From: a virus
Lineage: Duplodnaviria > Caudoviricetes
Direction: 5' to 3' (one strand)
DNA: 53,865 nt
Virus record (IMG/VR): IMGVR_UViG_3300042398_001110
Span: 1-53,865 of that record
The notes under the pieces were generated by a model that was not told the origin of the DNA, made no database searches, and saw only the letters and a program-made list of their open reading frames with translations. A program made the translations under genes and the position numbers. Position 1 is the first letter of the stretch. Each line of letters starts with the position of its first letter. Below, piece by piece: positions 49,301-53,865 of this stretch.

Positions 49301-52300
49301 AAGAAGCATTTCCTACAGCAGTGTTGCCTTGTCCACCAGTGTTACTAAGCAAAGCTTGATAACCAAATGCGCTATTATTAATACCAGTGGTATTACCATA
49401 CAAAGCTGAATAACCAACTGCGGTATTGTAACTGCCAGTAGTATTATTATATAAAGAATCTTTACCAAATGCGCTATTAACAGTACCTATAGTATTATTA
49501 AATAATGATCTATAACCGAAAGCTGAATTGTTACTTGTCGTATTATTTATTAAAGCTGAATAACCAAATGCGCTGTTATTAGCGCCTGTTATATTATTAA
49601 ATAAAACTGTGCAACCAAATGCTGTATTATTGTTACCAATTGTATTATTTTGTAAAGTGGCTGTACCAAATGCACTATTATTACTACCTATTGTATTAAG
49701 ACTCAACGCTTTAAAACCAACAGCAGTATTGAGACCAGTTGTATTTGCAAATAAAGCTTTATAACCAAAAGCACTATTATTGTTTGTGGTATTGTTATAC
49801 AGAGCAAAATAACCAAATGCACTATTATTGTTACCTAATGTATTTAGTCTGGATGCTTGATATCCTACAGCTACGTTATTTGATCCAGACGTATTAGCAT
49901 TCATTGTATAATAACCGAATGCTGTGTTAAATGTACCTGTAGTATTATTTTTTAAAGTTGATGTACCTACAGCTGTATGTCTTCTACCTATTGTATTTGA
50001 AGCTAATGAATTCCATCCTACTGCTACGTTACTATTACCAGTCGTATTTGTATATAAAGCACCATAACCTATGGCCGTATTTTGAATACCAATTGTATTT
50101 GAGTACATTGCTTGTAAACCTACAGCTGTATTGTTAATACCAGTTGTATTAGCAGTCAACGTTTGATATCCAACTGCTGTGTTGTTAATACCAGTTGTAT
50201 TAAATCTTAAAGCAGCATAACCAAATGCACTATTACCACTACCGGTTGTATTATTTCTTAGAGCATAAAAACCAAATGCATTGTTACTATTACCAAATGT
50301 ATTTGATAACAAAGCATAAAAACCTACAGCTGAATTGTTAATACCAGTTGTATTATTTGCTAAAGCACTTGAACCTATAGCTGTATTATAATTTGTTGTA
50401 TTAGCATATAAAGCATCAGAACCAATAGCAACATTGTGACTACCAAGTACATTACTGAATAATGATCTATAACCAAATGCTGTATTATAAGTACCACTTG
50501 TATTATTTCTCAAAGCATTATAACCAAATGCGTTATTTCTAAAACCTGTTGTATTTGCTTTTAATGCTTGAAAACCAAATGCACTATTATTGTTTGTGGT
50601 ATTATTGTTTAATGCACTATAACCAAATGCACTATTTGAAGCACCAATCGTATTATAAAGCAATGAATTATGACCAAATGCACTGTTATTCTTACCAGTA
50701 GTGTTGCTATATAAAGTATCTTTACCAACCGCAGTATTACTATAACCAAACGTATTGAATTTTAAAGATCTATTACCAATAGCTACGTTATAATTACCAG
50801 TTGTATTCGATCTTAAAGCGTAATAACCAAATGCATTATTATCAATACCAGTTGTATTCGCTCTTAAAGCGTCAGAACCAAACGCACTATTATTAACACC
50901 TATTGTATTTGATCTTAAAGCATAATAACCAAATCCACTATTTTTAACACCCGTCGTATTAAATTGTAAAACACCATAACCAAATGCACTGTTTTTAGAA
51001 CCAATTGTATTAGCATATAATGTACCATTACCAACGCTAACATTATAACTGCCAGTTGTATTGCTGTGTAAAGAGCTGTTTCCAACGGCTGTATTTCCTA
51101 TGCCTGTAGTATTTAAAAATAATGCTTTATAACCAAACGCACTGTTTAGGAAACCAGTTGTATTTGTATATAACGCCTTGTATCCAAATGCGCTGTTATT
51201 ATTTGTAGTGTTACTAAATAACGCTCTATAACCAAATGCACTATTCTTAGAACCAACAATGTTAGCATTTAAAGCGCTATATCCAAATGCACTGTTAAAT
51301 TTACCCGTGGTATTACTATATAAAGATGAACGACCAACAGCAGTATTATATATTCCAAATGTATTGGCGTATAAAGCAGAATGTCCAACGGCTGTGTTAT
51401 AATTACCTGTAGTATTGCTATTTAATGATTTAAATCCAAATGCACTATTTTCATTACCAATAGTATTGCTAAATAAAGATCTATAACCAAATGCACTATT
51501 TTGTGTACCACTTACGTTTGAGATTAAAGATTGATAACCGAAAGCGCTGTTATTGTTACCAACTGTATTATTTTTTAAAGCACTATAACCAAATGCAGCG
51601 TTATTTTTACCAGTTGTATTTAACTGCATTGATGTACGACCAACAGCAGTGTTATATACGCCAAATGTATTAGAATATAAAGCATTATGACCAACAGCGG
51701 TATTATAATTACCTGTTGTGTTAATATATAATGACCGATAACCAAAAGCACTATTCTGATTGCCTATTGTATTTGAATTTAAAGATTGATAACCAAATGC
51801 ACTGTTACTTGCACCTGTCGTATTTGCATTTAATGCAGTATTTCCAACAGCAGTATTACTAACAACATTACCAGTACCTCTTCCAACAATAACACTATTA
51901 ATAGATAAACTATGTACAACATCTGTAGTATTACTATCTCCAAGCGCTGATGCAGAAGTAAATTTGGCTATCGTATTTGTTGTGCCTGAAGCGTTGGCGC
52001 TTGTTCCAGAAGATCCACTTGTTCCAGACGAACCGCTTGTGCCAGACGAACCACTCGTTCCAGAAGAACCGCTTGTGCCAGACGAACCACTCGTTCCAGA
52101 AGAACCGCTTGTACCAGAAGATCCACTTGTTCCAGACGAACCGCTTGTGCCAGACGAACCACTCGTTCCAGAAGAACCGCTTGTACCAGAAGATCCGCTT
52201 GTGCCAGAAGATCCACTTGTTCCAGAAGATCCACTTGTTCCAGAAGATCCACTTGTTCCAGACGAACCGCTTGTGCCAGACGAACCACTCGTTCCAGAAG

Positions 52301-52697
52301 AGCCAGAAGAACCGCTTGTACCAGAAGATCCGCTTGTGCCAGACGAACCACTCGTTCCAGAAGAACCGCTTGTACCAGAAGAACCGCTTGTGCCAGACGA
52401 ACCACTCGTTCCAGAAGAACCGCTTGTACCAGAAGAACCGCTTGTGCCAGACGAACCACTCGTTCCAGAAGAACCGCTTGTACCAGAAGAACCGCTTGTG
52501 CCAGATGAACCACTTGTACCAGATGAACCGCTTGTTCCAGACGAACCACTTGTGCCAGATGAACCACTTGTACCAGATGAACCGCTTGTTCCAGACGAAC
52601 CACTTGTGCCAGATGAACCGCTTGATCCAGAAGATCCTGAAGTGCCGCTTGATCCAGATGTACCATTTCTTACTTGGAATGCTGTATAGCTGCTCAT
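43377..52697 (-). CDS. Giant fibre (3106 aa): Gly-X-Y segment, 14-aa beta-roll repeats, C-terminal peptidase S74-type intramolecular chaperone
   Basis: (GTSGSS)n N-terminus; NTTGxxNxAxGxxAL repeats; TSSVVAK..LSPVSFNYK..GLIAEEV..VYPELV..VNYSKL..L..AV.EL chaperone signature. Confidence 0.9.
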   Translation of the reverse strand: MSSYTAFQVRNGTSGSSGTSGSSGSSGSSGTSGSSGTSGSSGTSGSSGTSGSSGTSGSSGTSGSSGTSGSSGTSGSSGTSGSSGTSGSSGTSGSSGTSGSSGTSGSSGTSGSSGTSGSSGTSGSSGTSGSSGSSGTSGSSGTSGSSGTSGSSGTSGSSGTSGSSGTSGSSGTSGSSGTSGSSGTSGSSGTSGSSGTSGSSGTSGSSGTSGSSGTSGSSGTSGSSGTSGSSGTSANASGTTNTIAKFTSASALGDSNTTDVVHSLSINSVIVGRGTGNVVSNTAVGNTALNANTTGASNSAFGYQSLNSNTIGNQNSAFGYRSLYINTTGNYNTAVGHNALYSNTFGVYNTAVGRTSMQLNTTGKNNAAFGYSALKNNTVGNNNSAFGYQSLISNVSGTQNSAFGYRSLFSNTIGNENSAFGFKSLNSNTTGNYNTAVGHSALYANTFGIYNTAVGRSSLYSNTTGKFNSAFGYSALNANIVGSKNSAFGYRALFSNTTNNNSAFGYKALYTNTTGFLNSAFGYKALFLNTTGIGNTAVGNSSLHSNTTGSYNVSVGNGTLYANTIGSKNSAFGYGVLQFNTTGVKNSGFGYYALRSNTIGVNNSAFGSDALRANTTGIDNNAFGYYALRSNTTGNYNVAIGNRSLKFNTFGYSNTAVGKDTLYSNTTGKNNSAFGHNSLLYNTIGASNSAFGYSALNNNTTNNNSAFGFQALKANTTGFRNNAFGYNALRNNTSGTYNTAFGYRSLFSNVLGSHNVAIGSDALYANTTNYNTAIGSSALANNTTGINNSAVGFYALLSNTFGNSNNAFGFYALRNNTTGSGNSAFGYAALRFNTTGINNTAVGYQTLTANTTGINNTAVGLQAMYSNTIGIQNTAIGYGALYTNTTGNSNVAVGWNSLASNTIGRRHTAVGTSTLKNNTTGTFNTAFGYYTMNANTSGSNNVAVGYQASRLNTLGNNNSAFGYFALYNNTTNNNSAFGYKALFANTTGLNTAVGFKALSLNTIGSNNSAFGTATLQNNTIGNNNTAFGCTVLFNNITGANNSAFGYSALINNTTSNNSAFGYRSLFNNTIGTVNSAFGKDSLYNNTTGSYNTAVGYSALYGNTTGINNSAFGYQALLSNTGGQGNTAVGNASLRNNTIGVYNTAVASGALYYNTTGNYNSAVGFYSLLLNTTGAYNSAFGMYAMRNNTGGVRNSAFGYGALVTNSGGENNTAVGYLALYTNIASNNTAVGYRALFLNTTGTLNVAVGYSALENNTIGQRNSAFGWGSLKLNTIGGFNSAFGYYALKSNTTGSYNTAFGNQALAVNAIGANNTAVGYQSLLSNTIGQSNTAVGTSALQSNTIGNNNTAVGLSALLSNTTGINNSAFGKGALQNNTIGTGNTAVGVASLFYNTSGGNNSAFGYSSLVSNTIGVNNVAVGFNSLYYNTTGNNNTAVGNGTLQANTKGEGNSAFGLNALLNNTTGNFNSAFGFYALKSNTVGIRNVAVGNRALLNNTAGQFNCAIGYENLAQNTVGNNNTSFGYTTLYSNVSGNSNTAIGYNSLFYNTTGNNNTVVGFQALLNNTVSNNSAFGYKALNANTTGQYNVAVGYISLQSNTRGSYNTAVGYNSLSANTFGNYNSAFGYKALNSNTTGNRNSAFGYSSLRLNTIGVRNTAFGYASMLFNTTGSYNVAFGTMALYVNTIGTANTAVGFESLYNNTTGANNTAVGHKSLQNNTIGQQNCAFGYGSLQNNTTAGVNSAFGYKALLSNTTGTNNTAIGANALQSNTFGGYNAALGRATLFSNTTGIQNVAIGALSLYNNTIGQYNVAVGAYSLYSNSTGSRNTAVGLAALGNNTSGVQNSAFGFYALKSNTIGQANSAFGFYALYTNTIGIANSAFGRDALVYNTTGSNNTAVGYRSLYANTSGFNNSAFGLYALRNNTIGTHNAAFGRAALQSNLTGLNNSAFGNYALLNNNGGSRNSAFGKEALYSNSTSDNSAFGYRALYSNTTGIYNSAVGRSALESNTIGIYNTAVGHSALLTNTTGSFNSAFGFYALKLNTTGINNVAFGFQSLRENTIGNNNIAIGRDTMVYNTSGTSNTAIGHSSLFTNTAGNQNTAFGYKTLYSNSIGAQSVAVGCSALYSNTTGSANNAVGFNALYSNTVGTKNNTFGWYSLFANVNGSSNTAFGHRVLQNNTTSGNAGFGYMSLFANTIGTSNVAVGAAALTSNTTGSNNTAVGLSALHSNTIGYSSTAVGYQSLYYNNSGARNAAFGHRALHNNTIGGVNSAFGYNALYNNTIGDQNTAIGRSALETNTTGNNNVAVGSNSLQLNTIGANNVAVGYLSLFTNTTGNKNTAVGGNSLYSNTIGANNSAFGYQALYHNTTGSLNSAFGFYALKSNTIGQSNSAFGYRTLRSNTTGKNNTAFGYQCLYYNTVGTGNVAVGFNSLLDNTASNNSAFGYKALQNNTTGTYNVAVGYASLLSNTIGITNTAVGYQALNLNTTGSGNSAFGTSALERNTIGANNSAFGFQALVFNTTGASNSAFGKYALRANTTGVSNVSIGLNNLIANTVGNRNVSVGNGALSSNVNGSNNSAFGDYALFANTTNSNSAFGYKALFANTTGIQNTAVGFAALQANTIGTNNSGFGYRALITNTTGVNNTSVGSDSLKLNTIGSNNVAVGVQALRENTTGNRNTAIGMQALVINTTGINNNAFGYLSMYSTVGAANNVGIGNETLRLNVNGIGNVAVGHQALYSNTTNYNSAFGYKALNANTTGTSNTAFGTRALTTNTVGNRNSAFGFDALRYNTIGSGNSAFGYRALRQDTTGSANTGFGYQALFYNTVGSTNTAIGFHALLNNTTSDNTAVGYNALTSNTTGAYNASFGSIALQNNTFGQSNSAFGVFALTANTTGSNNTAVGRSALPNNTIGVSNSAFGYSVLQNNTTGIENTAVGQTGGYDITTGRTNTLLGFNTGRGITTGNYNTILGANVTGLSATIANNIIIADGQGNRRINVDSSGNVGIGTTGPATKLEVVGTITCTTMIETSSVVAKTNVKKLTSQTAKIAKLSPVSFNYKKDNKRSLGLIAEEVAQVYPELVEYENGRPLGVNYSKLTSVLISAVNELAAELAELKKQLNK
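51999..52664 (-). repeat. Coding 18-bp tandem repeat, about 74 Gly-X-Y triplets (GTS-GSS)
   Basis: Directly visible. Confidence 0.97.
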
Positions 52698-52711
52698 ATT
52701 ATATATTTATT

Positions 52712-52717
52712 TTACAC
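52712..52717 (-). promoter_or_regulatory. GTGTAA motif 14 nt upstream of ATG 52697
   Basis: GTGTAAAATAAATATATAATATG. Confidence 0.55.
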
Positions 52718-52753
52718 TTTTATTGTTATGGTCGTGACTTAACAAATGTTTAT

Positions 52754-53865
52754 TTAACTAATTATTATACCCCTGTATCTTAGTATATTTCCAGTAGTAG
52801 ATGATGTGGCTATTAATATTGGTTTAGATATCTGAGTGATAGTGGATGGTTCAGTTGATGTTATTGCTCCAAGTACCGTTGGAGATAGAAAATAAACGAC
52901 ACCAATTGTCAAACCACTTAAACCAGTAACTTTTCCTTCGAAAACAATATCAAAAGAATCACCATTTACTAATTGAACTATACCAAATACTTCTGCATTT
53001 TGCGCCGAATCTGCTAATGCTTTATACCACGTTCCCGTATCAAATCGTATAACGTCTCCTAATATAAATCCATGTGATACTTGAGTATAAGTTTCATATA
53101 ATGAATATGAACTACCCACTCCTGAAGTGCCAGACGATCCGCTAGTTCCAGAAGACCCTGAACTTCCTGAAGAACCGCTAGTTCCTGAAGACCCACTTGT
53201 TCCAGAAGATCCAGATGTTCCTGAAGACCCAGAACTTCCAGACGATCCGCTAGTTCCAGAAGACCCTGAACTTCCTGAAGAACCGCTAGTTCCTGAAGAC
53301 CCACTTGTTCCTGAAGAACCGCTAGTTCCTGAAGAACCGCTGGTTCCTGAAGAACCGCTGGTTCCAGAAGATCCAGATGTTCCTGAAGACCCAGAACTTC
53401 CAGACGATCCGCTAGTTCCAGAAGACCCTGAACTTCCTGAAGAACCGCTAGTTCCTGAAGACCCACTTGTTCCAGAAGATCCAGATGTTCCTGAAGACCC
53501 AGAACTTCCAGACGATCCGCTAGTTCCAGAAGACCCTGAACTTCCTGAAGAACCGCTAGTTCCTGAAGACCCACTTGTTCCTGAAGAACCGCTAGTTCCT
53601 GAAGAACCGCTGGTTCCTGAAGAACCGCTGGTTCCAGAAGATCCAGATGTTCCTGAAGACCCAGAACTTCCAGACGATCCGCTAGTTCCATTTGATCCTG
53701 AACTTCCTGAAGAACCGCTAGTTCCTGAAGAACCGCTAGTTCCTGAAGAACCGCTGGTTCCAGAAGATCCAGATGTTCCTGAAGACCCAGAACTTCCAGA
53801 CGATCCGCTAGTTCCATTTGATCCTGAACTTCCTGAAGAACCGCTAGTTCCTGAAGAACCGCTAG
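52754..53865 (-). CDS. C-terminal part of a Gly-X-Y repeat virion protein; start lies beyond the window (>370 aa)
   Basis: The frame of track ORF 52754..53119 stays open upstream as (S/T)SGSSG repeats to the edge. Its C-terminal domain is homologous to the domain at ~1186-1530. Confidence 0.88.
   Translation of the reverse strand, partial: SGSSGTSGSSGSSGSNGTSGSSGSSGSSGTSGSSGTSGSSGTSGSSGTSGSSGSSGSNGTSGSSGSSGSSGTSGSSGTSGSSGTSGSSGTSGSSGTSGSSGTSGSSGSSGSSGTSGSSGSSGSSGTSGSSGTSGSSGTSGSSGSSGSSGTSGSSGSSGSSGTSGSSGTSGSSGTSGSSGTSGSSGTSGSSGTSGSSGSSGSSGTSGSSGSSGSSGTSGSSGTSGSSGTSGSSGSSGSSGTSGSSGTSGVGSSYSLYETYTQVSHGFILGDVIRFDTGTWYKALADSAQNAEVFGIVQLVNGDSFDIVFEGKVTGLSGLTIGVVYFLSPTVLGAITSTEPSTITQISKPILIATSSTTGNILRYRGIIIS
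53121..53865 (-). repeat. Coding 18-bp tandem repeat with a 270-bp higher-order duplication (53130-53399, 53400-53669)
   Basis: Marker ccagacgatcc recurs at 53130, 53238, 53400, 53508, 53670 and 53796 (spacings 108, 162, 108, 162, 126). Confidence 0.95.

Larger units (their letters stand above)
1..53865. mobile_element. Tail/neck morphogenesis region of a large tailed bacteriophage (siphovirus-like, lambda M-L-K-I-J type tail tip)
   Basis: TMP, tail tube, gpM/L/K/I/J-like genes, fibres and chaperones are densely packed. No cellular housekeeping genes and no sheath gene were seen. Confidence 0.93.

Noticed and set aside
3770-51673. Numerous 60-100 aa ORFs nested in or antisense to large genes
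   Set aside because: They overlap well-supported CDSs and show no recognisable motifs or start context.
35836-52697. Diversity-generating retroelement or shufflon acting on the fibres
   Set aside because: No reverse transcriptase or recombinase, no adenine-specific TR/VR pair and no inverted cassettes seen. The repeats are direct and in frame.
51964-53817. ORFs 51964..52689, 51968..52666, 51977..52783 and 53059..53817
   Set aside because: Alternative-frame or antisense readings of the same coding repeats.
1-53865. Stop-codon reassignment
   Set aside because: Genes are long and tile densely in the standard code, and TGA is used as a stop in ATGA overlaps (11889, 28289, 33602).

Overview
AT-rich fragment of a large tailed-phage genome, most likely a siphovirus. 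It contains only tail and neck morphogenesis genes; no capsid, portal, terminase, replication, lysis or integrase gene is visible. The minus-strand block runs two tail chaperones, a 2666-aa tape measure protein (TMP), two tail-tube paralogues, a short fibre, a double-gpM protein, an Ig/lectin-like protein, then lambda-like gpL, gpK(JAB), gpI and gpJ, and finally a >1115-aa Gly-X-Y protein that runs off the left edge. A plus-strand block holds the neck genes and the major tail tube. A modification cluster follows (APS kinase, sulfotransferase, two glycosyltransferases, FkbM methyltransferase), then very large fibres (2233 aa and 3106 aa) and a Gly-X-Y protein that runs off the right edge. The standout is the TMP: about 1000 internal residues form an array of cassettes delimited by seven copies of a G(F/Y)(I/V)PN(F) peptide. 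The cassettes carry motifs of two PD-(D/E)xK nucleases, an apparently circularly permuted HAD phosphatase and a GNAT acetyltransferase, suggesting a TMP-borne modular effector-delivery system. Also notable are proline-free Ser/Thr collagen-like fibres beside sulfation and glycosylation enzymes, a GTGTAA motif at fixed spacing before start codons, and signs of a three-fold (domain-duplicated) tail. All protein calls come from motif reading by eye, without database searches.
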